Source: an uncultured candidatus Porisulfidus sp. (GTDB taxonomy: Bacteria; Pseudomonadota; Gammaproteobacteria; Poriferisulfidales; Oxydemutatoraceae). Taken from it: DNA of 64,000 bases. The translations under genes and the position numbers were made by a program. The stretch lies in the NCBI GenBank assembly GCA_965215125.1, contig OZ244052.1, positions 960,001 through 1,024,000 on the forward strand, in the 5' to 3' direction. Below, piece after piece: positions 9,412-21,039 of the stretch; position 1 is the stretch's first letter; every line of letters starts with the position of its first letter. Below the pieces are notes generated by a model. It ran no database searches. It had not been told where the DNA came from and saw only the letters and a list, made by a program, of their open reading frames with translations.

Positions 9412-10758
9412 ATGGCAACGGAACATAGAAAAATATGTATCGTAGGTATGGGCTATGTCGGCCTGACCTTAGCCGCGATTATGTCCGATCGGGGTTTTGA
9501 TGTTTGGGGAATAGAGAAAAATCCGGATATACTAAAGATACTTATGCAAGGCAAACCGCACTTTTTAGAAAAAGGTTTTGAACCTCGCATCAAGGGTAAC
9601 CTGAATGCGGGGAGATTGCATTTTTTATCAAAATTATCCGAACTCAATAACGAACAACAGGAACCTTTGGTTTATATCATCACGGTGGGTACCCCGCTTA
9701 ACGATGAAGGTCATCCTCGTATGGACATGATAGAGTCTGTTGCAAAAGAAATTGCAAATCATATGATTGACGATGCGTTGGTCATATTACGTTCAACCGT
9801 GCAACTAGGCACTACCCGTAAGATTGTTAAGAAAACTTTGGAGAAAAGTGGTAAACAATTCGGGCTTGCATATTGCCCGGAGCGTACTATTGAGGGCAAT
9901 GCAATGGCTGAACTGGCTGTTTTACCTCAAGTTATCGGCGGCTTGACGGAAGCGGCAGCATTGCAGGCAGAAGCGGTTTTTAGAAAAATAACGCCTACAG
10001 TTGTCATGGTTTCCTCTCTTGAGAGTGCCGAGATTATTAAATTGTTGGATAACAGTTATAGAGACCTAAATTTTGCGATAGGAAATGAAGTTGCATTATT
10101 ATGTGAGGCGGCGGGGCTAGACAGCAGAGAAATTATTAAGGCTGCGAACATAGGTTATGCGAGGACACAGATCTCGGACCCCGGATTTGTTGGCGGACCT
10201 TGTCTCTATAAAGACCCACATATTCTGCAGGCCTCTCTGGAGACTTATGGTTATGTGCCGCAATTGATTAAACAAGGGAGAGCCCTGAATGAATCTCTTC
10301 CCGGCTATGTATGCGACCGTCTTGACCATACCGGAATTATTCCCGACAAAGGGAAAGACACCAAAATAAGTATTTTGGGTATGGCATTCAAGGGACGCCC
10401 CGAAACCGATGATACTCGCGCTTCGTCCAGTTTGGATATTGCTACATGCTTGAGGCGGCGGTATCCCGAAGCGATGATTTGCGGACACGATTTTGCCGTC
10501 GGTAGTCGGGCGATTTCCAATCTAGGGATAATCCCGGTGGATTTGAAGCAGGCATTTGATTGTGCATCGGTTGTGATAGTGGCAAACAACAATAAAAAAT
10601 ATGAGTGGATAGATTTGGATGCCTTAACGATGTCTATGGCAACCCCCGCCGCTATTTATGATATATGGTCTGTGTTGCCTGCCTATAGAGGTCTATACTC
10701 CGAAGACAAACTAAAGTTTATGCACTTAGGCAACGGTTCCAACCTAACCCCGAGTTGA
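9412..10758 (+). CDS. Nucleotide-sugar dehydrogenase (WecC/UDP-glucose DH family)
   Basis: GMGYVG, VGTP, YCPER, GFVGGPCL.KD, GMAFKG. Confidence 0.9.
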   Translation: MATEHRKICIVGMGYVGLTLAAIMSDRGFDVWGIEKNPDILKILMQGKPHFLEKGFEPRIKGNLNAGRLHFLSKLSELNNEQQEPLVYIITVGTPLNDEGHPRMDMIESVAKEIANHMIDDALVILRSTVQLGTTRKIVKKTLEKSGKQFGLAYCPERTIEGNAMAELAVLPQVIGGLTEAAALQAEAVFRKITPTVVMVSSLESAEIIKLLDNSYRDLNFAIGNEVALLCEAAGLDSREIIKAANIGYARTQISDPGFVGGPCLYKDPHILQASLETYGYVPQLIKQGRALNESLPGYVCDRLDHTGIIPDKGKDTKISILGMAFKGRPETDDTRASSSLDIATCLRRRYPEAMICGHDFAVGSRAISNLGIIPVDLKQAFDCASVVIVANNNKKYEWIDLDALTMSMATPAAIYDIWSVLPAYRGLYSEDKLKFMHLGNGSNLTPS

Positions 10759-10791
10759 TATGAAGCTGTTGCAAAAGTATTTCATACACCG

Positions 10792-11020
10792 TAGGGGTGG
10801 GACCATTCCCCTCCTGTGGAGGGGTGGCAGGCGCAGCCTGACGGGGTGGTTGTGTCGTGGAGCTGTTGAAAAAGTATCCACGAACCGTAGGGGCGGGCGG
10901 ACATATAAGTCCGCCCCTACCGCATGTCCGCCCGTAACGCGTTGCGCCTGCACGATTTATACATTCATTCATCCGGTTTATGGAAACCAAAACCATACGG
11001 CGCAAGCAGTTGCGGTTATT
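10792..11020 (+). repeat. Mosaic repeat: module A, MITE left end, REP nested in REP
   Basis: Matches the 14672-15095 and 46203-46630 repeats. Confidence 0.85.
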
Positions 11021-11056
11021 CCGATTAGTTAGCATAAAATTCATAGGGTTGAATTC

Positions 11057-12055
11057 ATGACGAGCGAGCGAATTTTGGTAACCGGCGGGAGCGGCTTTTT
11101 AGGTAGTGCTTTGGTTAAAAAACTGTTGCGAGAAGGTTGGCAAGTACGTGTTTTAGATAATAATTCCAGAGGACATGCGAGGCGTCTTACCGATGTAATT
11201 AACGATATTGATTTTATCGTCGGCGATGTTCGTGATTATACCGTTGTTGAAAGCGCATGCAAAGGAATGGATGTAGTTGCGCATCTGGCTTATATAAACG
11301 GCACCGAATTTTTTTATAGCATGCCGGAACAGATTTTAGAAGTCGGTATCAAAGGTGCTTTGAACACCCTAGATGCTTGTCTTGCGCATAAAATAGACCG
11401 CTATTGGATTTTGAGTTCATCCGAAGTTTATCAGCGAGCAGAGAAAGTGCCTACCGACGAGACGGCGGCACTGATTATCCCCGATGTTCTGAACCCGCGC
11501 TATAGCTACGGTGGCGGTAAAATTGCGACCGAATTGCTGGCGGTAAATTATGGACGCAAGGCATTCCGTCAATTAGCGATTGTACGCCCCCACAACGTAT
11601 ACGGGGCCGACATGGGCTTTGAACATGTTTTACCGCAATTGATTATGCGTGCCGCTTGGTTGGATAGAGAGATCCCTAAAGGGCAAACCATTGATTTCCC
11701 GATTCGTGGATCGGGCGCACAAACCCGAGCTTTTGTATATGTAGATGATTTCATCGAAGGATGCTATACGGCTTTCACTCAAGCCGAAAAATGCTCCTTT
11801 TTTCATATCGGCACGATGGACGAAGTGAAAATTAAAGATGTAGTCTCTATCGTGCTGGAAGTATTTGACAGGGAAGGCAATATAATACCGTCCGAATCAC
11901 CCTCCGGGGAAACCGACCGCCGCTGCCCGGACATTGCACGCATACAAGCCTTAGGCTATGAACCTAAAACCAATTTGAAAGCGGGCATCAAAAAAATGAC
12001 AGAGTGGTACATTAAAAATGAATCGCTGTGGCCGGTCGATTCTAATATGCCCTAA
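11057..12055 (+). CDS. NAD-dependent epimerase/dehydratase
   Basis: TGGSGFLG, SSSEVY, YGGGK, RPHNVYG. Confidence 0.9.
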   Translation: MTSERILVTGGSGFLGSALVKKLLREGWQVRVLDNNSRGHARRLTDVINDIDFIVGDVRDYTVVESACKGMDVVAHLAYINGTEFFYSMPEQILEVGIKGALNTLDACLAHKIDRYWILSSSEVYQRAEKVPTDETAALIIPDVLNPRYSYGGGKIATELLAVNYGRKAFRQLAIVRPHNVYGADMGFEHVLPQLIMRAAWLDREIPKGQTIDFPIRGSGAQTRAFVYVDDFIEGCYTAFTQAEKCSFFHIGTMDEVKIKDVVSIVLEVFDREGNIIPSESPSGETDRRCPDIARIQALGYEPKTNLKAGIKKMTEWYIKNESLWPVDSNMP

Positions 12056-12135
12056 TGTGGGGCTAGAGTTACGCACTCGCAACACACCTGCACAACCCCA
12101 ACCGCTGTGCGCCATTGAATTTATGATAACTAAGT

Positions 12136-13212
12136 CTACGGATAATTTGCAAACGCAGGACGTGCGGCGAAATACTCGTGAACCGTTTCTATTAACACTT
12201 GTAGATTATCGGGATTGGTTGCCGGATAAATGCCGTGTCCTAAGTTAAAGATATGTCCCGAACCTTCCCCGAAAGCATCGAGCACTTTAAGTACTTCGTT
12301 GCGTACCGCGTGTTCGGATGCAAGCAGGATTGAGGGGTCTAGATTACCTTGTAATGCGACTTGTTTCCCTACTCTGCGCCTTGCTTCACCGATATCGACC
12401 ATCCAATCCAAGCCGATTACATTGCATCCGGTTTCTGCCATCTTTTCCAGCCATAGCCCACCGCCTTTAGTAAATAAGATAATCGGCACATCCGAGCAAC
12501 CTTGGTTCTTCAATGCGGTTATCAGCTTCTGCATAGGTGCGAGAGAATATTCCAAATAGTGTTTGTGCGCCAACACGCCACCCCAAGAATCAAAAACCAT
12601 CACGCATCGGCAACCTGCCTTTACCTGTGCGGCAAGATACGAACCCCCTGCGGTTGCAAGCAAATCCAGCATGCGCTTAAACGAATCGGCGTGATCAAGC
12701 ATCATTTTCTTTACCAAAGAGAAGTTATGCGAGCCTCTGCCTTCTATCATATAAGTTGCCAGTGTCCACGGGCTACCGGTAAAGCCGATTAACGGTATGC
12801 GCCCATCCAGTTCCCTACACACCATAGAGATAGCCTCCATCACATAATGCAGGTCTGCGTCGTCGGGCATGCGTAAGGCATCGGCTTGCTTTTCGCCGCG
12901 TATGGGTTGCTTAAAAAAAGGACCGCGGTTTTCTTCAAAATCAAGTCCCAACCCCATCGCATCCGGGATGGTTAAGATGTCCGAGAATATAATTGCTGCA
13001 TCTAATGGATAACGTTCAACGGGCTGTAATGTGACTTCGCAGGCAAGTTCGGGTGTTTTACAAAGATTCAGAAAATGTCCCGCCTTTTCACGCACCCGAC
13101 GATATTCGGGTAGATAGCGACCTGCTTGGCGCATAATCCACACCGGGGTTCTATCTACGGTGCGATGTGCAATGGCATCCAAGAGGCGGGTGTTGGTATG
13201 CGCTTTAGTCAT
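12136..13212 (-). CDS. hemE: Uroporphyrinogen decarboxylase
   Basis: PVWIMRQAGRYLPEY, DAAIIFSDIL, IFNLGHG. Confidence 0.96.
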   Translation of the reverse strand: MTKAHTNTRLLDAIAHRTVDRTPVWIMRQAGRYLPEYRRVREKAGHFLNLCKTPELACEVTLQPVERYPLDAAIIFSDILTIPDAMGLGLDFEENRGPFFKQPIRGEKQADALRMPDDADLHYVMEAISMVCRELDGRIPLIGFTGSPWTLATYMIEGRGSHNFSLVKKMMLDHADSFKRMLDLLATAGGSYLAAQVKAGCRCVMVFDSWGGVLAHKHYLEYSLAPMQKLITALKNQGCSDVPIILFTKGGGLWLEKMAETGCNVIGLDWMVDIGEARRRVGKQVALQGNLDPSILLASEHAVRNEVLKVLDAFGEGSGHIFNLGHGIYPATNPDNLQVLIETVHEYFAARPAFANYP

Positions 13213-14667
<1,455 letters not shown>

Positions 14668-14671
14668 CTAT

Positions 14672-15095
14672 AATTCCCCTCCTTTGGAGGGGTGGCAGGC
14701 GAAGCCTGCCGGGGTGGTTGTGTCGTGGGGCTGTTGAAAAAGTATCCACGAACCGTAGGAGCGGACATCAAAATTGCCGATTGATCTACTGACTCAATCG
14801 GCGGCTCTATTCTGCCCGTAACGCGTTGGTCGGCACGATTTATACATTCATCCATTCAATTTATGAAAACCAAAACCAAATGGCGCAAGCGGTTGGTGTC
14901 GTGCAGAACGGTACTTAAGGGCAGACATTAAAATTGCCGATTGACCTACCGGCTCAATCGGCGGCTTTATCCTGCCCCCACGGCTTGGTGGTTATTATAA
15001 ATTCACGGCGCAAGCGGTTACGGTTGCAAGCTGACGATACTTTTTCAACAGCCCCCTGATGTCTGCACAAGCTAATTCCCCGCCACAGGAGGTGA
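14672..15095 (+). repeat. Mosaic repeat containing a 329-bp MITE (14727-15055)
   Basis: Perfect 20-bp TIR GGGGCTGTTGAAAAAGTATC / GATACTTTTTCAACAGCCCC; module C hairpins inside REP loops. Confidence 0.85.
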
Positions 15096-15106
15096 ATAAA
15101 TGGCAC

Positions 15107-15925
15107 CTAAGTTTCAGAACCGTCCACCCGGTTGCGAGCACGCGCTCTATAGAGCAATCGTTTAGCGAGTGCATCGGAGTCATCAAAGGCATTGCGATTA
15201 TGTAGCACATTGTTGCAAATCACACCCTCACCGGCAGCCAGTTTATAAGAAATCTTGTAGCGACTTGTGCGTAGCAGTTTGCTTAAACAGTCCAGAGCTT
15301 CTTCACACGACGGATGCCATTTTATGTGTTGCGAGCGTTCGGTGTAGTGCATGAGCAGTTTGTTTGTTATCGGATCGTCCCTGAATACCGGCGAGCTTCG
15401 TGCATCGCGTTCACCCTCGTTGGCGGGTATCGTGAATGCATGAGGGTGTCTTAGTGCTTCCACATAATCCGCGTTCTCCCGATAGAGCAGAATATAAACC
15501 ACTTCGTGATCCAAATACTCGTTCACCCCGCCTTCAGGTGCCGGTTGAACACAGTGCATCATAAATGCCCTGATGATATCGGCATCGGCATTGTAATAAC
15601 CGTCGGTATGCCATGACAGCGCACGGTCGGTATACGGGATATAGCGGTTGTTCGGGCTAGCCGTTATATGACTGATTTTATGCGTATCTGCCATTGGATT
15701 ATCGCATAGACTCTGCAGACCCAGTTGCGTCGCCAATGCCTTGAAGGTGGCACTGTCCGATATAGGCTGTAAACTACGATAAAAACTGAGGTTATACAAT
15801 TCACAGTTATCCAAAATCCGACGGCGTTCCGAATTCCTCAGCGCATTCGGATTATGGATTTCAACCATTAATTGCTCGGCATTGACCGCGCCTCGTTGCA
15901 GTTTAAGTTCTAATCGTTGTTGCAT
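15107..15925 (-). CDS. TauD/TfdA-family dioxygenase
   Basis: WHTDGYYN and NNVLHNR iron ligands; divergent from dsrA. Confidence 0.8.
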   Translation of the reverse strand: MQQRLELKLQRGAVNAEQLMVEIHNPNALRNSERRRILDNCELYNLSFYRSLQPISDSATFKALATQLGLQSLCDNPMADTHKISHITASPNNRYIPYTDRALSWHTDGYYNADADIIRAFMMHCVQPAPEGGVNEYLDHEVVYILLYRENADYVEALRHPHAFTIPANEGERDARSSPVFRDDPITNKLLMHYTERSQHIKWHPSCEEALDCLSKLLRTSRYKISYKLAAGEGVICNNVLHNRNAFDDSDALAKRLLYRARARNRVDGSET

Positions 15926-16004
15926 TTGCTTGATTTACTCAGTGCGACTTATTTTATCCGATTGAGCCTCTGCACCGCTAAAAGTATTTGGTACCATGGC
16001 GTAG

Positions 16005-16180
16005 GTGACCACCCCGTCAGGCTGCGCCTGCCACCCCTCCATAGGAGGGGAATGTACCGTCCCTACAGTTCGTGGGTACTTTTTCAACAGCCCCAAGTTC
16101 TGCATAATGTTACGCCGACTGACCTATCAGGCGGACATGCCAGTCCGCCCCTACTGGCTCAATCGGCGGTTCTATTGCGC
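16005..16180 (-). repeat. Mosaic repeat including an empty REP copy of the IS110 target
   Basis: Module A reversed; AGGCGGACATGCCAGTCCGCCCCTAC nested in module C. Confidence 0.85.
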
Positions 16181-16192
16181 CGCCCTCTGATT

Positions 16193-16220
16193 TTGACATA
16201 AAGCAAAGCTATGCTATATT
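16193..16220 (+). promoter_or_regulatory. Candidate sigma70 promoter of the dsr operon
   Basis: TTGACA, 16-bp spacer, TATATT with TG extended -10. Confidence 0.55.
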
Positions 16221-16328
16221 AGCATGTCCTAATAGAGCTTTCATTGGTTAAAAAAGACATATAGAGCCATGGAACGCTTCAGGTAATAAAAGATTGTAAT
16301 TTTCATAAAATAGTGGAGGTAAAAGGAT

Positions 16329-17609
16329 ATGCCAACAAAACAACCACATGACACACCGATGTTGGACGAACTGGAAAAAGGGCCTTGGCCTAGTTTTATT
16401 TCCGGCATCAAACGGCTTAGAGATCAACACGAAGATGACCGCGTGAGCGGTGTAGCAAACGACTTATTGGGTCAGCTGGAACATTCGTACGAGACCCGCA
16501 AGGGTTATTGGAAAGGCGGCACGGTGAGTGTCTTCGGTTATGGTAGCGGTATTATCCCGCGCTTTTCGGAAGTCGGCGCAGCGTTCCCCGCTTCCAAGGA
16601 ATTTCATACTTTAAGAGTGCAGCCGCCGTCGGGTAATTACTATACGACCGACATGCTCCGCAAGCTCGCAGATAGCTGGGAGAAATGGGGTTCCGGCTTG
16701 GTCACTTTTCACGGTCAGACCGGCAACATTATGTTTATAGGTGCCAGCACCGAAAACACGCAACACTTTTTTGACGACATCAACGAATACGGTTGGGACT
16801 TAGGCGGTGCCGGTCCCTGCGTGCGCACCGGGCAATCTTGCGTAGGTGCTGCCCGTTGCGAGCAATCCAATGTAGACGAGATGCGTATACACCGCACCTT
16901 GCTCAACAATTTCACCGACGATGTGCATCGCCCGTCGCTACCTTACAAGTTCAAGTTCAAGGTTTCGGGTTGTCCGAACGACTGCATGAATTCCATAGAA
17001 CGTGCCGATTTTGCCATCATAGGCACCTGGCGCGACGACATGAAAGTAGATCAAAACGAAGTCAAGGAATATGTCGCCAAAAAAGGTCGTCAATATATCG
17101 TTGACAATGTGATTTCACGCTGTCCGACCCAAGCCCTTTCGCTGAAAGACGACGACACTTTGGATGTGGACAACCGCAACTGCGTCCGCTGTATGCATTG
17201 CTTAAATGTGATGCCCCAAGCCCTCTCTCCGGGCGACGACACCGGCATCTCGATTTTAATCGGTGGCAAGCGCACGCTGAAAATCGGTGACTTGATGGGC
17301 ACCGTCATCGTGCCTTTTATGAAGCTGCAAAGCGAAGAGGATTACGAACGCTTGGTTGAGATTGCCGAAGAAACGATAGACTTTTGGGCTGAGAACGGTC
17401 TCGAACACGAGCGATGCGGCGAGATGATAGAGCGTATCGGTTTGATCAATTTCTTGGACGGCATCGGCGTGGAAGTTGACCCCAACATGGTGAGCGACCC
17501 TCGCACGAGTTCCTACATCCGAATGGACGAATGGGAGCAGGAAGCCAAGAAGTGGTTCGAGAACAGAGCCGAGAAAAAGTCCGAAGAAAAGCAGGCGGCA
17601 ACCGCCTAA
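16329..17609 (+). CDS. dsrA: Reverse dissimilatory sulfite reductase alpha subunit
   Basis: TPMLDELEKGPWPSF, YKFKFKVSGCPNDC, CVRCMHC. Confidence 0.97.
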   Translation: MPTKQPHDTPMLDELEKGPWPSFISGIKRLRDQHEDDRVSGVANDLLGQLEHSYETRKGYWKGGTVSVFGYGSGIIPRFSEVGAAFPASKEFHTLRVQPPSGNYYTTDMLRKLADSWEKWGSGLVTFHGQTGNIMFIGASTENTQHFFDDINEYGWDLGGAGPCVRTGQSCVGAARCEQSNVDEMRIHRTLLNNFTDDVHRPSLPYKFKFKVSGCPNDCMNSIERADFAIIGTWRDDMKVDQNEVKEYVAKKGRQYIVDNVISRCPTQALSLKDDDTLDVDNRNCVRCMHCLNVMPQALSPGDDTGISILIGGKRTLKIGDLMGTVIVPFMKLQSEEDYERLVEIAEETIDFWAENGLEHERCGEMIERIGLINFLDGIGVEVDPNMVSDPRTSSYIRMDEWEQEAKKWFENRAEKKSEEKQAATA

Positions 17610-17637
17610 GATCAACACACAACATAGAGGAATAAGA

Positions 17638-18711
17638 ATGGCACAAGAACATCGTTCTCCGATTGAGTCGGGCTGTCCCGACGGTTTTCAATATATGCAT
17701 CCGGTGATGCGAAAGAATTACGGCAACTGGGCATACCACGACGACCCGCGTCCCGGTGTGCTAAAACATGTATCGCACGAAGGCGAAGCGATCTGGACGG
17801 TGCGCGCCGGCACCCAGCGCATTTTGGATGTGTTCACACTACGCAAGCTCTGCGATATCGGTGACAAATATGCCGACGGCTATGTGCGCTTTACGATCCG
17901 TAGCAACATAGAGTATATGCTGGACGACGAGAAGCGAGTCGTGCCGCTCATCGATGCCCTTGAAAATGCCGGCTTTGTCGTCGGCGGCACCAAGAACTCG
18001 GTGGCAATGATTTCGCATACCCAAGGCTGGTTGCACTGCGACATTCCCGGCACCGATGCCTCCGGTGTGGTCAAGGCAATGATGGACGAACTGATAGAAG
18101 AGTTTAAGAATTGGAACATGCCGAACCGAGTACACATCACCACTTCGTGTTGCCAAATTAATTGCGGAGGACAAGGCGACATCGCAATCAATGTTCAGCA
18201 CACTAAACCCCCTAAAATCAACCACGACTTGGTTTCCAATGTTTGCGAACGCCCGTCGGTGGTGGCACGATGTCCGGTTGCTGCAATACGCCCGGCGATG
18301 GTCAACGGCAAACCTTCGCTTGAAGTCGACGAGAAAAAATGTATCTGTTGCGGTGCTTGTTATCCGCCCTGCCCGCCGATGCAAATCAACGACCCCGAGC
18401 ATACCAAACTTGCGATATGGGTCGGCGGCAATCATTCCAACGCCCGCGGCAAGCCGTCTTTCCAAAAGCTGGTTGCGGCAGGAATACCGAACAACCCGCC
18501 GCGCTGGCCCGAGGCGACTGCGGTGGTGAAAAAGATTTTGAAAACCTACAAAGAGGACGCTAAGGATTGGGAAAGAATTAGCGACTGGGTGGAGCGCATC
18601 GGTTGGCCGCGCTTCTTTGAACTGACCGAACTGCCGTTCACGAAGTTTCATATCGACAACTGGTTAGGTGCCCGCCGGAGTCTGAATGCTTCAACGCATA
18701 TCCGCTTTTAG
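17638..18711 (+). CDS. dsrB: Reverse dissimilatory sulfite reductase beta subunit
   Basis: HTQGWLHCDIP, SCCQINCG, CICCGAC. Confidence 0.97.
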   Translation: MAQEHRSPIESGCPDGFQYMHPVMRKNYGNWAYHDDPRPGVLKHVSHEGEAIWTVRAGTQRILDVFTLRKLCDIGDKYADGYVRFTIRSNIEYMLDDEKRVVPLIDALENAGFVVGGTKNSVAMISHTQGWLHCDIPGTDASGVVKAMMDELIEEFKNWNMPNRVHITTSCCQINCGGQGDIAINVQHTKPPKINHDLVSNVCERPSVVARCPVAAIRPAMVNGKPSLEVDEKKCICCGACYPPCPPMQINDPEHTKLAIWVGGNHSNARGKPSFQKLVAAGIPNNPPRWPEATAVVKKILKTYKEDAKDWERISDWVERIGWPRFFELTELPFTKFHIDNWLGARRSLNASTHIRF

Positions 18712-18734
18712 TCTCGCAGTGTTGAGGCACTGGC

Positions 18735-19127
18735 ATGAAATTTTCCGTAGTAATAAACGAAGGCCCCTATACGCACCAAGCGTCGGATACCGCATACCAG
18801 TTCACTAGAGCGGCACTGGATAAGGGACACGAGATTTACCGGGTGTTCTTTTATCATGACGGGGTTTATAACGGCACCCGCCTATCGGTGCCGCCGCAGG
18901 ACGACCGCAACATATCGCAACGATGGTCGGAGTTGGCGGAGAAACACCAGCTTGATTTAGTGGTCTGCGTGGCAGCAGCACAACGGCGCGGCGTGCTTGA
19001 CGAAGGCGAGGCGAAGCGTGGTGGCAAGGATACCGATAATATCGCCCCGGGCTTTCGCATCTCGGGCTTGGGTCAGTTGATAGAAGCGGGCATACAATCG
19101 GATCGCCTAATCACTTTCGGAGATTGA
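18735..19127 (+). CDS. dsrE: Sulfurtransferase DsrE
   Basis: VFFYHDGV, CVAAAQRRG, ISGLGQL. Confidence 0.95.
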   Translation: MKFSVVINEGPYTHQASDTAYQFTRAALDKGHEIYRVFFYHDGVYNGTRLSVPPQDDRNISQRWSELAEKHQLDLVVCVAAAQRRGVLDEGEAKRGGKDTDNIAPGFRISGLGQLIEAGIQSDRLITFGD

Positions 19128-19137
19128 GGAACACACA

Positions 19138-19560
19138 ATGAGTGATACCCCCGAAGGTGCCGTTAAAAAGTTTATGTATGTCAACCGCAAAGTGCCCTAC
19201 GGCACGATTTATGCGTTGGAATCACTGGAAGTTGTTTTGATTGCCGCAGCCTTTGACCAGCAAGTCAGTTTGGTGTTTATGGACGACGGCGTCTACCAGT
19301 TGATGAAATCTCAAGACACCGACGATATAGAAATGAAAAACTTCTCACCCACCTACAGTGCTTTGGGCGATTACGATATCAAAACTATTTATGTGGATAC
19401 CGAATCGTTAAGCGAGCGCGGACTGTCCGCCGACGACTTACAGGCTCTGGTCTACGAGGACGAAGACGACGACTGGGAAGAGAAAAGTGCGATGCACTTT
19501 GTGGACCGCAAAAAGTTAGCCGAGATCATGGCTGAGCAAGATGTTATCTTAAGTTTTTGA
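19138..19560 (+). CDS. dsrF: DsrF
   Basis: PYGTIYALESLEVVLIAAAFDQ, FMDDGVYQL. Confidence 0.95.
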   Translation: MSDTPEGAVKKFMYVNRKVPYGTIYALESLEVVLIAAAFDQQVSLVFMDDGVYQLMKSQDTDDIEMKNFSPTYSALGDYDIKTIYVDTESLSERGLSADDLQALVYEDEDDDWEEKSAMHFVDRKKLAEIMAEQDVILSF

Positions 19561-19577
19561 GGGATGCTGTCGTGTCT

Positions 19578-19883
19578 ATGCTCCATATAGTCAACAAATC
19601 ACCCTTCGAGCGCAATGCCTTATCGTCGTGTTTGGATACCGCACAAGACGACGCTTCGGTGTTGCTGATAGAAGACGGCGTGGTTTGCGCAACGGCCGGT
19701 GGTCGTTTTGCCGATACGATCACACAAGCGATGCAGCGAAACCTAGCGGTTTATGCGCTGAACCCCGACCTTAAAGCACGCGGTTTTTCCGACAAACAGG
19801 TGCTGGAGGGTGTAAAATTAATCGGCTATGAAGATTTTGTCGATCTGGTTGCAGATCACGACAATGTACAATCATGGTTATAG
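19578..19883 (+). CDS. dsrH: DsrH
   Basis: MLHIVNKSPFE, LLIEDGV, DLKARG, VQSWL. Confidence 0.93.
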   Translation: MLHIVNKSPFERNALSSCLDTAQDDASVLLIEDGVVCATAGGRFADTITQAMQRNLAVYALNPDLKARGFSDKQVLEGVKLIGYEDFVDLVADHDNVQSWL

Positions 19884-19907
19884 ATATATTCAACAGGAGA
19901 TAGAAAC

Positions 19908-20240
19908 ATGCCTTTAGAGATTGATGGTAAAACATACGAGACCGACGAAGAAGGTTATCTTGCCAACTTGAACGACTGGAAGCCCGAGCTTGCCGAAGCA
20001 ATGGCACAGGCCGACGGTGCCGAGTTGTCGGATAATCACTGGGAAGTCATCAATTTTCTTCGCGAGTACTACGAAGAATATCAGATTGCCCCGGCGGTTC
20101 GAGTCTTGACTAAAGCAATCGGGAAGAGATTGGGCAAAGACAAAGGTAATAGCAAGTATTTGTACGAGCTGTTCCCTTACGGTCCCGCCAAACAAGCGTG
20201 TAAATACGCCGGCTTGCCCAAGCCCACCGGTTGCGTCTGA
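19908..20240 (+). CDS. dsrC: Sulfur carrier DsrC
   Basis: C-terminal ACKYAGLPKPTGCV with both cysteines. Confidence 0.97.
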   Translation: MPLEIDGKTYETDEEGYLANLNDWKPELAEAMAQADGAELSDNHWEVINFLREYYEEYQIAPAVRVLTKAIGKRLGKDKGNSKYLYELFPYGPAKQACKYAGLPKPTGCV

Positions 20241-20288
20241 CGACCGATTGAGTTAAGCCGAATTGAGGCAACCCAAGTTTGAGCGACC

Positions 20289-21032
20289 GTGCAGATGAAT
20301 GCACTCAGCATTGCCTATGCCGCGCTCTTTTATATTGCAACCGCGGTATTGATAGGCGGACTGGCTTATAAAATGTGGCTGTATTGGAAAGTGCCGGCAC
20401 CGCTAAAGATACCGACGACACCGGCACCGACCACCCGAAGCGGGGTCGTTTATCGTCTGTTCAAAGAAACCGTTTTCTTTGAAAGCCTGTTCAAGTCCAA
20501 TAAGTGGATTTGGTTATTCGGCTGGTTATTCCACTTCGGTTTGTTCCTGGTTTTGCTACGCCATCTGCGCTATTTCACCGAACCTGTCTGGTTTTGGGTT
20601 AATTGGTTGCAACCTTTCGGCAAGTATGCGTCCTGGATGATGATTATAGGATTGATAGGACTATTGTTGCGGCGTATCGTCGTTGACCGCGTACGCTATA
20701 TTTCGTCTCCGTCCGACCACCTGATGCTACTCTTGTTATTGGCAATCGGCGCAACCGGCGTTTTGATGACATTCTTTTACCCGGTGGATATCGTGACAAT
20801 GAAGATATTCTTTTTAGGCTTGATGCGCCTTGACCCGCAACCGCTACCGTCGGACTTACTGATGGTCGTGCATCTCGCACTCGTCGCCCTGCTGATGATC
20901 ATATTCCCGTTTAGCAAACTACTGCACGCGCCGGGCATATTCTTCAGCCCGACCCGCAACCAAGTGGATAACCCGCGCGAACAACGGCATATCGCCGCAT
21001 GGGCATTAAAACTGGAACAACAAAAGCACTGA
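20289..21032 (+). CDS. dsrM: DsrM membrane cytochrome b
   Basis: NarI-like; PAPLKIPTTPAP, FPFSKLLH. Confidence 0.95.
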   Translation: MQMNALSIAYAALFYIATAVLIGGLAYKMWLYWKVPAPLKIPTTPAPTTRSGVVYRLFKETVFFESLFKSNKWIWLFGWLFHFGLFLVLLRHLRYFTEPVWFWVNWLQPFGKYASWMMIIGLIGLLLRRIVVDRVRYISSPSDHLMLLLLLAIGATGVLMTFFYPVDIVTMKIFFLGLMRLDPQPLPSDLLMVVHLALVALLMIIFPFSKLLHAPGIFFSPTRNQVDNPREQRHIAAWALKLEQQKH

Positions 21033-21039
21033 GAGAATT

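Noticed and set aside
17839-18651. 270-aa antisense ORF within dsrB
   Set aside because: Codon-bias shadow of a conserved gene; no motif
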